A stretch of DNA of 41,805 bases from Gammaproteobacteria bacterium. GTDB taxonomy: Bacteria; Pseudomonadota; Gammaproteobacteria; Natronospirales; JANNEA01. Under the pieces are notes generated by a model. The model searched no databases. It was given only the letters and a program-made list of their open reading frames with translations, and was not told the origin of the DNA. Location: assembly GCA_031388175.1 (NCBI GenBank), contig JANNEA010000188.1, positions 1 to 41,805 on the forward strand. The letters are read 5' to 3'. This document shows positions 28,342-40,169 of this stretch, in pieces; within the stretch, counting starts at the first letter, position 1; each line of letters starts with the position of its first letter. The translations under genes and the position numbers were made by a program.

Positions 28342-28568
28342 GCCTCCCTAAGACGCGGGCGCGATACCGGTCGGCGGACCGATGCAAGGTCGGCATCCAT
28401 CGCTGCGGTCCATCGTGATGCTCTCGTTGAGGTCCGGGACCTGCATGGTTCGGCCGAAGCGGTATCGCGTCCGCGTCTTAGCAAGGCCGAAGCCATGCAG
28501 GGCCCGGACCTCACCGTGACTCAATCGCCGATGGAGAGCAGCGATGCGTTGCCGCCCACGGCAGCGGT
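28342..28568 (-). repeat. Gene-end hairpin element at the putA 3' end, plus an inverted extra core at 28342-28375
   Basis: Arms 28428-28455 and 28485-28513 nearly perfect; outer 28398-28415 is a 16/18 inverted match to putA 28529-28546; core GGCCTTGCTAAGACGCGGACGCGATACCGCTTCGGCC. Confidence 0.8.
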
Positions 28569-31500
28569 GTTGATCGTGATCGTCCGTTCCGTCGCGAAAC
28601 GGTGCATGTAGTAGGGACCGCCCGCTTTGGGTCCGGTGCCGGAAAGGCCCTGGCCACCGAACGGCTGCACGCCGACGACCGCGCCGATCATGTTGCGGTT
28701 GACGTAGATGTTGCCCACGCGCACGCGGCGCTGGATGTAATCCACCTGGCCGTCGATGCGCGAGTGGATGCCGAGCGTGAGACCGAAGCCGGTGCGGTTG
28801 ATCTGGGCGATGACCTCGTCGAGCTCGCTCGCCTTCCAGCGCACGATGTGCAGCACCGGACCGAACACTTCGCCCTTCAGGACATCGAGCGACGGGATCT
28901 CGACCGCGAGCGGCGCGACGAAGGTCCCATGCGCGCATTCGGCCGGCAGCGCGATCTCGTGCACCACTTTGCCCTGGGTCTTGATCCAGTCGCGGTGGGC
29001 GTCGAGACCCTCCTTCGCCGCCTTGTCGATGACGGGGCCGATGTCGGTCTCGAGCAGCGCCGGATCGCCGACCTTGAGCTGTTGCATGTAGCCCTTGAGC
29101 ACCTCGAGCGTGCGGTCGGCGATGTCCGCCTGCACGAACAGCACGCGCAGCGCCGAACAACGCTGGCCGGCGCTGTTGAACGACGACGCCACCACGTCGA
29201 GCACGACCTGCTCGGGCAGCGCCGAGGAATCGACCAGCATCGCGTTCTGACCGCCGGTCTCGGCGATCAGCGTGGCGATTGGGCCGCTCTCGCGTTCGGC
29301 GAGCGTGCGCTGGATGGTGCGGGCGGTCTCGTTGGAACCGGTGAAGCACACGCCGGCGACGCGCGGATCCGCGATCGCGGTGCGCCCCACCACCGAGCCG
29401 CGGCCCGGGATGAAGTTCAGCACGCCGCCCGGCACGCCGGCCTGGTGCAGCAATTGCACCGCGCGCGCACCGATGATCGAGGTCTGCTCGGCGGGCTTGG
29501 CCAGCACCGCGTTGCCGGCGGCGAGCGCCGCGGCCACCTGCCCCGTGAAGATCGCGAGCGGGAAGTTCCACGGGCTGATGCAGACGAACACGCCGCGGCC
29601 CTGGAGCCAGAGCTCGTTCGATTCGCCGGTCGGGCCCGGCATCTTCAAGCCCTGGCCGAAGTCGTGCTCGGCCTGCTGCGCGTAGTAGCGCAGGAAATCC
29701 ACCGCCTCGCGCACTTCGGCCACGCCATCCGCCAGCGACTTGCCGGCCTCGCGCGTGCACAGCGCCATCAGCTCGAAATAGTTCTCCTCGAACAGGTCCG
29801 CCGCGCGGCGCAGGATCTTCGCGCGCGCCGCGGCCGGCGTCATGTCCCAGGCCGGTTGCGCCGCGACCGCCGCGTCGACCGCCTGCTTGATCGTGTCGGC
29901 GTCGGCCTCGAGGATCATGCCGGCGATACGGCGGTTGTCGGTGGGGTCGAGCGAAGGCTTCTCCTTGCCGGAGAGCGTCTTGCCATCCACCACTGGCGCC
30001 GCCACCCACTTGCGCTGGAGCGCGCGCGTCATCGCCTCGCGTAGCGGCGCGAGCACCGCGGGATCGTTCAGGTTGATGCCACGGGAGTTCACGCGGTTCG
30101 CTCCGTAGAGGTTGATCGGCAGTGGGATGCGCGGGTGCGGCTTGATGCGGAGCGCCTCGACCTCGGCGACCGGGTCCGAAACGATCTCGTCCACCGGCAC
30201 GCGCTCATCGACGATGCGGTTCACGAACGACGTGTTGGCGCCGTTCTCGAGCAGGCGGCGCACCAGGTAGGGCAGCAGGTCCTCGTGGCTGCCCACTGGC
30301 GCGTAGATGCGGCAGGCGATGCCCAGGCGGCCTCCGTCGGATGGAGGGCCCACGACCTGGCCGTAGAGCTCCTCGCCCATGCCGTGCAGCCGCTGGAACT
30401 CGAAGTCGCGGCGAGCACCTGCCATCTCAACCACGCTCGCGAGCGTGTGCGCGTTGTGGGTCGCGAACATCGGATAGATGCTGCTGCCCGCGGCGAGCAG
30501 CGTGCGCGCGCAGGCCAGGTAGGAAACGTCGGTCGAGCACTTGCGCGTGAACACCGGGTAGGAGGCGAGACCGCGCTCCTGATGGCGCTTCACCTCGCTG
30601 TCCCAATAGGCGCCCTTCACCAGGCGCACCGGGATGCGACGACCGCCCTCCTTGCTCAGCGCGACCACCCACTCCACCGCGCCGATCCCACGCTTCAAGT
30701 AGGTCTGGATCGCGAGGCCGAGCCCGTCGTATCCGGCGAGGCTCGGCGAGCAGTAGACCTGCTCGAAGACTTCCAGGGAGATGTCGAGCCGCTCGGATTC
30801 CTCGGCATCCACGGTGAGACCGATGCCCGCGGCCTTGGCCCGCTCAGCGAGCATGCGCAGGCCCGGCACGAGCTCGGTCAGCACGCGCTCGCGCTGGGCG
30901 TAGTCGTAGCGCGGGTGCAGTGCCGAGAGCTTGACCGAGATGTTGGCGCGCTCGACCAGCTCACCACCGCCCGCTGCCTTGCCGATCGTGTCGATCGCGA
31001 CGGCATAGGCCTGCAGGTAGCGGTCAGCATCGGCTGCGGTGAGCGCGGCCTCGCCGAGCATGTCGTAGGAGTGGCGGTAACCGACCGCTTCCGCCTCGCG
31101 TGCGCGCTCGAGCGCCGACTCGATCGTGCGGCCCATCACGAACTGCTTCGCCATCAGGCCCATCGCCTGCTTGAGCGCGGTGCGGACCACCGGCTCGCCG
31201 ACCCGGGCGATGAACTTCTTCCCCAGCGCCGCCGGTTCGGCGGCGAAGGCCGGATCGAGCTGGACGAAGTGGCCGGTGATGAGCAGGCCCCAGGTCGAGA
31301 GGTTCACGAACAGCGACGGCGACTGGCCGCGGTGCTCGTTCCAGTCGCCCTTGACCAGCTTGTCCTCGATCAAGCGGTCCGCGGTCAGCGCATCAGGCAC
31401 GCGCAGCAGCGCCTCGGCCAGGCACATCAGCACCATGCCTTCGTGCGAGGACAGGTCGTACTCGCGCATCAGGGCATCCACACCCGAGCCCTTGACCCGT

Positions 31501-31694
31501 GCGGCACGGGTCTGGACCACGAGCCCCTCCGCCATCCGCATCACGCGCGCGGTCGCCGCCGCGTCCAGCTTGGCGATGCGCGTCAAGCGCTCGACACACG
31601 CGGTCTCGTCGGCGAGCCACAGCGCATCGAGCGCAGCACGCGTGCCGCTGAGCTCATGGACCGAGCTGCGCCAGACGAAGCTCTGTTCGCTCAT
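28521..31694 (-). CDS. putA: Bifunctional proline dehydrogenase / P5C dehydrogenase PutA (short form, no N-terminal DNA-binding domain evident)
   Basis: SYDMLGEAA, VRLVKGAYWDSE, FATHNAHT, EFQRLHGMGE, YLVRRLLENGANTSF, SAGQRCSALR, GTGPKAGGP. Confidence 0.97.
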   Translation of the reverse strand: MSEQSFVWRSSVHELSGTRAALDALWLADETACVERLTRIAKLDAAATARVMRMAEGLVVQTRAARVKGSGVDALMREYDLSSHEGMVLMCLAEALLRVPDALTADRLIEDKLVKGDWNEHRGQSPSLFVNLSTWGLLITGHFVQLDPAFAAEPAALGKKFIARVGEPVVRTALKQAMGLMAKQFVMGRTIESALERAREAEAVGYRHSYDMLGEAALTAADADRYLQAYAVAIDTIGKAAGGGELVERANISVKLSALHPRYDYAQRERVLTELVPGLRMLAERAKAAGIGLTVDAEESERLDISLEVFEQVYCSPSLAGYDGLGLAIQTYLKRGIGAVEWVVALSKEGGRRIPVRLVKGAYWDSEVKRHQERGLASYPVFTRKCSTDVSYLACARTLLAAGSSIYPMFATHNAHTLASVVEMAGARRDFEFQRLHGMGEELYGQVVGPPSDGGRLGIACRIYAPVGSHEDLLPYLVRRLLENGANTSFVNRIVDERVPVDEIVSDPVAEVEALRIKPHPRIPLPINLYGANRVNSRGINLNDPAVLAPLREAMTRALQRKWVAAPVVDGKTLSGKEKPSLDPTDNRRIAGMILEADADTIKQAVDAAVAAQPAWDMTPAAARAKILRRAADLFEENYFELMALCTREAGKSLADGVAEVREAVDFLRYYAQQAEHDFGQGLKMPGPTGESNELWLQGRGVFVCISPWNFPLAIFTGQVAAALAAGNAVLAKPAEQTSIIGARAVQLLHQAGVPGGVLNFIPGRGSVVGRTAIADPRVAGVCFTGSNETARTIQRTLAERESGPIATLIAETGGQNAMLVDSSALPEQVVLDVVASSFNSAGQRCSALRVLFVQADIADRTLEVLKGYMQQLKVGDPALLETDIGPVIDKAAKEGLDAHRDWIKTQGKVVHEIALPAECAHGTFVAPLAVEIPSLDVLKGEVFGPVLHIVRWKASELDEVIAQINRTGFGLTLGIHSRIDGQVDYIQRRVRVGNIYVNRNMIGAVVGVQPFGGQGLSGTGPKAGGPYYMHRFATERTITINTAAVGGNASLLSIGD

Positions 31695-31706
31695 CTAGAA
31701 GGACAT

Positions 31707-32948
<1,242 letters not shown>

Positions 32949-32952
32949 CGTG

Positions 32953-32977
32953 ACCTCCGGAAGGGGCCGCGATTATA
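32953..32977 (-). promoter_or_regulatory. icd -10 element and RBS
   Basis: TATAAT at 32972-32977 (minus strand, overlapping the upstream stop) and GGAGG before the ATG. Confidence 0.55.
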
Positions 32978-33896
32978 CCGGTGGCGTCGTTCCGCGTTCG
33001 GTGTCGACGATGGGACGGCCACCGACCCAACGGATCGGGAAACGCAACACGCGCCAGTTGCGGCCGCGGTCCGCAGATTCCTGCACGAACAGGTGATCGT
33101 TGCCGTCCGCGTCGCGGAACACCGACGGCGCGGCGCGTTCCAGCGGCACGCCGCCGGCACCGCTCACGTAGGGCAGCAACGGCTCCGACCCCAGCCGAGC
33201 CCAGCGCACGCCGTCGGTGCTCACCGCGCAGCCGATCTGCTGCGGCCGCGACCAATAGCCGCCACCGTAGAACATGTACCAGCGGCCGTCGTGCTCGATC
33301 AGCGACGGCGATTCGGTGCTCTCGTGCTCCCAGGGGAGCTCGGGCCCGAACAGTTCGCCGCTGCCGATCTGCTGCCAGGCTTCCGGGCCGAGATCGCTCG
33401 CGACCTTCGCCTCGGCCAGCACGATCGACTGGCGTGTCATCTCGGGATCACGGGTGCACAGGTACATGCGCCAACGGTCACCGACCCGCACCACGTGCGG
33501 CGAGATCGCGCGGCCGCAGTTCCACTCGCCGCGGGTGCGGAAGATGGGGTTGTGGGGATGCGGCGTGAACCAGAGGCCGTCGGTCGAAGTCGCGAGGCAT
33601 ACGGCATCGTTCGCGCCGCTGCCATAGGTGAAGTAGAAGAGGTGCACCTTGCCGTCGTGCACCAGCACGCTGCCGACGGCGATGCCGTTGTGCTCGCCGA
33701 GGTCGGACGGCTGGAGCTCGGCGACCTTCTCGAAACTGTCGAGGTCGCGGCTGGCGGCGATGCCGATGTGCCAGGGCTGGCGCTGGACGTTTTCGCCCGG
33801 TGCCAGCACGTAGTACATGAAGTAGCGATCGCCGAAGCGCACCACCTCCGGGTCCTCGGCGCCATCGAATCCCCGGCTGCGGTCGGAGTAGGTCAT
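32973..33896 (-). CDS. Five-bladed beta-propeller glycoside hydrolase (GH43/GH130-like)
   Basis: AEDPEVV..YFMYY, ESTESPSLIEHDGRWYMFYGG, IGCAVSTDGVRW. Confidence 0.75.
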   Translation of the reverse strand: MTYSDRSRGFDGAEDPEVVRFGDRYFMYYVLAPGENVQRQPWHIGIAASRDLDSFEKVAELQPSDLGEHNGIAVGSVLVHDGKVHLFYFTYGSGANDAVCLATSTDGLWFTPHPHNPIFRTRGEWNCGRAISPHVVRVGDRWRMYLCTRDPEMTRQSIVLAEAKVASDLGPEAWQQIGSGELFGPELPWEHESTESPSLIEHDGRWYMFYGGGYWSRPQQIGCAVSTDGVRWARLGSEPLLPYVSGAGGVPLERAAPSVFRDADGNDHLFVQESADRGRNWRVLRFPIRWVGGRPIVDTERGTTPPV

Positions 33897-33943
33897 CAGC
33901 GCGATGGTAGGACGCGCCCGACAGCGGCGGCGTCAACGGAAGG

Positions 33944-34315
33944 TCAACGTTTCGACGTCGCCTTCGGCGTGGATTTCGCCGTAGCGCGCGGACGCTTGAG
34001 CGGCACTGGCGGCCGCGCGGCGGCCTTCCGAGCCCACTTCAGCACCAGTTCCGGATCCTCGAGCACATCGGCCGGCACTTCCCAATAGGTGCCGAGCGTC
34101 TGGGTCCTGGAGGGCTTGAACTCGCAACTGCCGCGCGCGGCGTAGTGCACGCGGTCCGCCGGATCGGTGCGGAAGAACAGGCGACCGCGATGCACGATGG
34201 CGAAGAAGGCCTCGCCCCTGTAGATGCCGTGCCCGCCGAACATCCGCTTCACGCGCAACTCACCTAACGGCGCCAATTGCTCGCGCACGAACTCCAGGAA
34301 GCTGAGTTCGCTCAT
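33944..34315 (-). CDS. TfoX/Sxy N-terminal domain protein
   Basis: FLEFVREQL, VKRMFGGHGIY, FFAIV, YWEVPADVLED..L..WA. Confidence 0.88.
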   Translation of the reverse strand: MSELSFLEFVREQLAPLGELRVKRMFGGHGIYRGEAFFAIVHRGRLFFRTDPADRVHYAARGSCEFKPSRTQTLGTYWEVPADVLEDPELVLKWARKAAARPPVPLKRPRATAKSTPKATSKR

Positions 34316-34321
34316 GAGCTC

Positions 34322-34478
34322 AGCCTACGCCGCGAACTCCCATTGTCTTGCAGGCGTGGCTCGCATGGTCCGGCCGACGCGCCCTCTTGATAACAAGAGG
34401 GGCGTCCGCGTCTTAGCGAGGCCGGATCATGCGAGCCGCGCCTGCCCAACGACAATCAGGACCGCGCGCGGCGGCTGC
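34322..34478 (-). repeat. Gene-end hairpin element at the Nudix 3' end
   Basis: Arms 34350-34375 and 34420-34445 (24/26); core GGCCTCGCTAAGACGCGGACGC with inner hairpin CCCTCTTG-ATAA-CAAGAGGG; weaker pairing continues into the Nudix stop region. Confidence 0.78.
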
Positions 34479-34869
34479 GGTACTCCGCGAGGATCTGCGC
34501 GTGGTCGAACGCGAGCTCGGGCAATTCGCCCGCCGGGTCGAAAGCACGCGCGACCGCCGCATCGTCGCCGGCCCTGAGTTCGCCGCTGGCCTCGCCCACG
34601 TACACGATGCCGATGGTGTGGCCGCGGGGGTCACGATCCGGGTCGGAGTACACGCCGAGCAGCGCCTTGATGGTCACCGTGAGGCCGGTCTCTTCCTTGG
34701 CCTCGCGCGCCGCCGCCTCCTCCACCGTCTCGCCGAGCTCGACGAAGCCGCCTGGGATCGCCCAGCCCGGCGGCTCGTGGTTGCGCTCGATCAGCACGAT
34801 CGGTCGCCCGGGGCGGTCGATGAGCTCGATGATGCAATCGGCGGCGACCGGCGGTGTGATGGGACGCAT
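34456..34869 (-). CDS. Nudix hydrolase
   Basis: Nudix box [23 protein letters not shown]; YSDPDRDPR; LAFDH. Confidence 0.92.
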   Translation of the reverse strand: MRPITPPVAADCIIELIDRPGRPIVLIERNHEPPGWAIPGGFVELGETVEEAAAREAKEETGLTVTIKALLGVYSDPDRDPRGHTIGIVYVGEASGELRAGDDAAVARAFDPAGELPELAFDHAQILAEYRSRRARS

Positions 34870-34978
34870 GCGCCGCACTATGCGCCCCGGTGCCAACACG
34901 GGCAACGGGTGTACAGCCAACACCGCTATAATCCCGCGCGCGTTCAGCATCGACCGTCCCTCACTTGGAGCCGCCGCG

Positions 34979-36175
34979 TTGCGCGAAAAGTTCCTCGAAC
35001 ACCTGCGCAGCGAACTGCGCGGCCTGCACGAAGCCGGCCTGTACAAGGACGAGCGGGTGCTGTCGTCGCCGCAAGCGGCGACGATCAAGACCACGCTCAC
35101 CGGCGAGGTCATCAACCTCTGCGCCAACAACTACCTCGGCCTGGCCGACGACGCGCAGGTGCTCGAGGAAGCGCACGCGGCGCTCGACCAACACGGCTAT
35201 GGCATGGCCTCGGTGCGCTTCATCTGCGGCACCCAGACCGTGCACAAGGAGCTGGAGCGCCGCCTGGCGCTGTTCCTCGGCACCGAGGACGCGATCCTCT
35301 ACGGCTCCTGCTTCGACGCCAACGGCGGCCTGTTCGAGACGCTGTTCGACGAGCGCGACGCGATTGTGTCCGACGCGCTGAACCACGCCTCGATCATCGA
35401 CGGCATCCGCCTGTGCAAGGCCAGGCGCTTCCGCTACACCAACAACGACCTCGGCGCGCTCGAAGCGCGGCTGCAGGAGGCCAAGGCGGCCGGCAGCCGC
35501 TACATCCTGGTCGCGACCGACGGCGTGTTCTCGATGGACGGCGTGGTCGCCGACCTCAAGGGCATCTGCGACCTGGCCGACCGCTACGGCGCGCTGACGA
35601 TGGTGGATGACTCGCACGCCGTCGGCGTGATGGGCACGCGCGGCCGCGGCACCCACGAGCACGCGGGCGTGATGGGCCGCGTGGACATCATCACCGGCAC
35701 GCTGGGCAAGGCACTGGGCGGCGCGTCCGGCGGATACACCGCTGGCAGGCGCGAGGTGGTGGATTGGCTGCGCAACCGCAGCCGGCCCTACCTGTTCTCG
35801 AACTCGTTGGCGCCGGTGATTGCCGCCGCGTCACTGCGCGTACTCGACCTGCTGGAGCGCGACGATTCGCTGCGCCGCCGGGTGCACGAGAACGCCCACT
35901 ACTTCCGCGAGAAGATGACCGCACTCGGTTTCACGCTCGTGGGCAGCGGCCACCCGATCATCCCGGTGATGCTCGGCGACGCCAAGCTCGCCAAGCAGTT
36001 CGCCGACGCGATGATGGATGAAGGTGTCTACGTGATCGGTTTCTCGTTCCCGGTGGTACCGCAAGGCCATGCCCGGATCCGCACCCAGATGTCGGCCAGG
36101 CTCACGCGCGAGCAACTGGACCGCGCGATCGCGGCGTTCGAGAAGGTCGGCAAGCGGCTGGGCGTGATCAAGTGA
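34979..36175 (+). CDS. kbl: 2-amino-3-ketobutyrate CoA ligase (glycine C-acetyltransferase)
   Basis: [37 protein letters not shown] start with GGAG RBS gives 398 aa. TATAAT at 34927-34932. Confidence 0.96.
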   Translation: MREKFLEHLRSELRGLHEAGLYKDERVLSSPQAATIKTTLTGEVINLCANNYLGLADDAQVLEEAHAALDQHGYGMASVRFICGTQTVHKELERRLALFLGTEDAILYGSCFDANGGLFETLFDERDAIVSDALNHASIIDGIRLCKARRFRYTNNDLGALEARLQEAKAAGSRYILVATDGVFSMDGVVADLKGICDLADRYGALTMVDDSHAVGVMGTRGRGTHEHAGVMGRVDIITGTLGKALGGASGGYTAGRREVVDWLRNRSRPYLFSNSLAPVIAAASLRVLDLLERDDSLRRRVHENAHYFREKMTALGFTLVGSGHPIIPVMLGDAKLAKQFADAMMDEGVYVIGFSFPVVPQGHARIRTQMSARLTREQLDRAIAAFEKVGKRLGVIK

Positions 36176-36185
36176 GAGCCATCCC

Positions 36186-37211
<1,026 letters not shown>

Positions 37212-37449
37212 GACCGGACCTGTCGAGGCTCGGCTTCGCTCCCGCACTCGAAGACTCGTGAAGTCGCTTCAGCCGACCTCGACAGGTCCGGTCTGAACCC
37301 GATCGGTCGAATCCCCTGACTTCCCCGACCGGAAGGGGTGTCGAACATTCGAAGCCGTGCGGTGCGGAAGCCGGTGCATCAACACTGGTGAGATGTCGAT
37401 GCGCTTGGTATTTGGTCGAGGACCACCTTGCCGAAGGGCGTGGTCATTA

Positions 37450-37596
37450 AAGACCTCGCGGCGGCCGTACGCGCGACGCTGAGCGCAGCCCGGTTCAAGG
37501 TCTGAAGCGACATCGCGAGTCCCCGAGCGCCGGAGCGAAGACCTTGAACCGGGCTGCGCTCAGCGCCGCGTGCGCGGCTTCAAACGCGCGGTCTTG
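37450..37596 (-). repeat. Gene-end hairpin element at the thioesterase 3' end
   Basis: 27-bp perfect stem 37477-37503 / 37539-37565 including the stop codon; degenerate pairing continues outward; core CTTCGCTCCGGCGCTCGGGGACTCGCGATGTCGCTTCAG. Confidence 0.85.
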
Positions 37597-38045
37597 GCTT
37601 CCTCCACGCCCTTCTCGAGCGGATCGAGGCGGTTCCGCAGATAGGTCGGCAATGGCACCTTGATGTGCTTGGTGTAGTCGTAGGCGACGATCACGCTGGC
37701 GCCCTCGGCCGCGACCTCGCCGAGCTTCTCGCTCACCACCCTATGCTCCATCGTCATGCGCTCGTCGGTGATCTCGGTGACACGCGCGCCGACGCGCAGG
37801 GTGTCCGGGTAGCCGAGCGGCCGGCGGAACCGGCACAGCACTGAATGCAGCACCGGTCCCACGACATTCATGGGCCCGTAGAGGAAACCGATCGAATCGA
37901 GGTAGGCGACGCGCGCGTCCTCGAACCACTTGAGGTAGACGGTGTTGTTCACGTGGCCGAAGGCGTCGCGGTCGCCCCAGGCGACGTTCTCGATCACCAC
38001 GATCGGGAAGCCGCGCAAGGGATCTGAGCTGCGTTTGGTCTCCAT
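37560..38045 (-). CDS. Acyl-CoA thioesterase (4HBT/YbgC hotdog family)
   Basis: VAWGDRDAFGHVNNTVYLKWFEDAR, FRRPLGYPD. Confidence 0.92.
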   Translation of the reverse strand: METKRSSDPLRGFPIVVIENVAWGDRDAFGHVNNTVYLKWFEDARVAYLDSIGFLYGPMNVVGPVLHSVLCRFRRPLGYPDTLRVGARVTEITDERMTMEHRVVSEKLGEVAAEGASVIVAYDYTKHIKVPLPTYLRNRLDPLEKGVEEAKTARLKPRTRR

Positions 38046-38101
38046 GCGGCCTACCCTAGCGCACCTTGTCCGCGCCGGACCTGCGGGGCTAGGCTCAGAC
38101 C

Positions 38102-39259
38102 ATGCGCACCCAAGCACTGCACGCCACCCTCCTCGTCCTCGCCGCCATGCTCACGAGCTGCGGCGTGAACCCCGTGACCGGTAAGCAAGAACTGCACCTG
38201 ATCTCGACCCAGGACGAGATCGCACAAGGCAAGCAGTACTACGCGCCGTCGCGCCAGGCCCAGGGCGGCGACCTGATCACCGACTCCGCGCTCACCGCCT
38301 ATGTGCAGTCGGTGGGCACCAAGCTCGGCGCGGTCAGCGACCGCAAGTTGCCCTACGAGTTCGTGGTGCTGGCGAGCGGCGTGCCGAACGCCTGGGCGCT
38401 GCCCGGCGGCAAGATCGCGGTGAACCGCGGCCTGCTGCTCGAACTCGACGATGAGGCCGAGCTCGCCGCGGTGCTCGGCCACGAGATCACCCACGCCGCC
38501 GCGCGCCACGGCGCGCAGGCCCAGGAACGGGCGATTGTCGCGCAGGTCGGAATGGTCGCGGCAGCGGTCGCGCTCGGCGATGACCAGAACGCGAACGCGG
38601 TGCTCGGCGCCGCGGCGCTCGGCACCGCGTTGATCACCACCAAGTACGGCCGCGATGCGGAGCTGCAATCCGACCGCTACGGCATCCGCTACATGGCCAA
38701 GGCCGGCTACGACCCGCAGGGTGCGGTCGCGCTGCAGGAGAAGTTCGTCGCGCTCAGCAAGGGCCGCAAGTCGAACTGGCTCGAGGGCATGTTCGCGAGC
38801 CACCCGCCCTCCGCGGAACGGGTGGTGGCAAACCAACGCAACGCGGCCAAGCTTCCCGCCGGCGGTGCGCGCGAACGCGAGGCCTACCAGAAGGCGACCG
38901 CGGCCATCCGCAAGACCAAGGACGCCTACGCGCTCCATGACGCAGGGCATGCCGCGCTCGCCAAGGGCGATGCGAAGGCCGCGCTCAGCGCGGCGCAGAA
39001 GGCGATCGTGGCTGAACCGCGCGAAGCGCTGTTCTATTCATTGGTCGGTGCAGCCGAGGCCAAGGCCGGCAACGTCAAAGCGGCGCGCGCAGCCTACGAC
39101 GCCGCGATCGAGCGCAATCCGGGCTTCTACGACTTCTGGCTGGAGCGCGGTCTGCTGCGCCAGGCCGCGGGCGACAAGCCCGGCGGCCGCAAGGACCTCG
39201 AGAAAGCGCACGCGCTGCTGCCGACGAAGGCGTCGCAGGACGCGCTGGCCCAGCCCTGA
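38102..39259 (+). CDS. M48 family metalloprotease lipoprotein with TPR (BepA/LoiP-like)
   Basis: Lipobox LTSC, PNAWALPGG, LGHEITH, ELQSD, SHPPS, C-terminal TPR-like helices. Confidence 0.92.
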   Translation: MRTQALHATLLVLAAMLTSCGVNPVTGKQELHLISTQDEIAQGKQYYAPSRQAQGGDLITDSALTAYVQSVGTKLGAVSDRKLPYEFVVLASGVPNAWALPGGKIAVNRGLLLELDDEAELAAVLGHEITHAAARHGAQAQERAIVAQVGMVAAAVALGDDQNANAVLGAAALGTALITTKYGRDAELQSDRYGIRYMAKAGYDPQGAVALQEKFVALSKGRKSNWLEGMFASHPPSAERVVANQRNAAKLPAGGAREREAYQKATAAIRKTKDAYALHDAGHAALAKGDAKAALSAAQKAIVAEPREALFYSLVGAAEAKAGNVKAARAAYDAAIERNPGFYDFWLERGLLRQAAGDKPGGRKDLEKAHALLPTKASQDALAQP

Positions 39260-39266
39260 CCGCGCC

Positions 39267-40169
39267 CTACTCACGGAGCTCGATCGGCGTCCCTTCGAAC
39301 AGCGTCGCGCAGGCGATGCCTGCCAGCACCAGCAGCGAGCCCATCCAGATAGTTGGCGGCAGGCGCTCGCCGTTCGCCAGATGCCCGAGCAGCAGCGCCG
39401 TCACCGGCGTGATCACCATGATCAGCGCCACCTTCGACGCCTGCATGTGCTTGAGCGCGTAGTAGAAGCAGAGGAACCCGATCACCGTCCCCATCACGCC
39501 GAGCCAGGTGACCGCGAGCAGGTCGCGCGTAGCGACCACGGCCGGCAGCTCGCCATCCACCAGCCACCAGGTGAGCACCAACGCCGGCGCGTTCAACCAG
39601 ACGCTGGCGGCAGTGAAGGACATCACCGGCAGGTCGCGCGCCACGCGCTTGAGGATGAGCATGTTCAGGCAGTTAAGCACCATCGAGGACGCCAGCAGAG
39701 CGAGGCCGAACAACGCGCCGGGTCCAAGGCTCGCGCCATCACCGAAGATCAGCGCGATGCCGCCGACGCCGAGCAGCACGCCCGCCGCCTTCGGCGCGGT
39801 CAGGCGTTCGCTGCGCCAAACGAACGCGGCGAGCAGCGCGGTGGTGAGCGGTGTGGCGCCATACACCACCGACATCAATCCCGAAGGCACGCTCGGCGCA
39901 CCGACGTAGAGCAGCAGCATGCTGGCGTAGGCGAAGGCGCCAGCGATGCCCGCCGCACGCCAAGTCTCGGGCCGATGGTCGAACTTGAGCCAGGGCGTGA
40001 GGAAGGCGAGCAGGAAGATCGCTGAGCCGATCAGCGTGCGACCGGCGATGCCTTCGATGGGGCCGAGTCCCTCCGCCGTCCACTTGATCGTGAGCGGCGT
40101 GGTGGTCCAGATCGCGACCACGCCGAACCAGGCGGCGAGCGCCCAGCCGCCGCTGTCAGCGCGGCTCAC
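39267..40169 (-). CDS. DMT/EamA family transporter
   Basis: IWTTTPLTIKW, VPSGLMSVVYG, about 10 hydrophobic helices. Probable GTG start overlapping the sppA end. Confidence 0.88.
   Translation of the reverse strand: MSRADSGGWALAAWFGVVAIWTTTPLTIKWTAEGLGPIEGIAGRTLIGSAIFLLAFLTPWLKFDHRPETWRAAGIAGAFAYASMLLLYVGAPSVPSGLMSVVYGATPLTTALLAAFVWRSERLTAPKAAGVLLGVGGIALIFGDGASLGPGALFGLALLASSMVLNCLNMLILKRVARDLPVMSFTAASVWLNAPALVLTWWLVDGELPAVVATRDLLAVTWLGVMGTVIGFLCFYYALKHMQASKVALIMVITPVTALLLGHLANGERLPPTIWMGSLLVLAGIACATLFEGTPIELRE

Noticed and set aside
28282-28520. Possible glycine riboswitch or small ORF upstream of sdaA
   Set aside because: No glycine aptamer motifs recognised; the region is explained by the hairpin element and the inverted putA copy
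37212-37565. CRISPR array, attC sites, tRNA or plain terminators
   Set aside because: No direct repeat-spacer periodicity, no RYYYAAC/GTTRRRY ends, no cloverleaf, and no U-tracts; the loops are long and conserved
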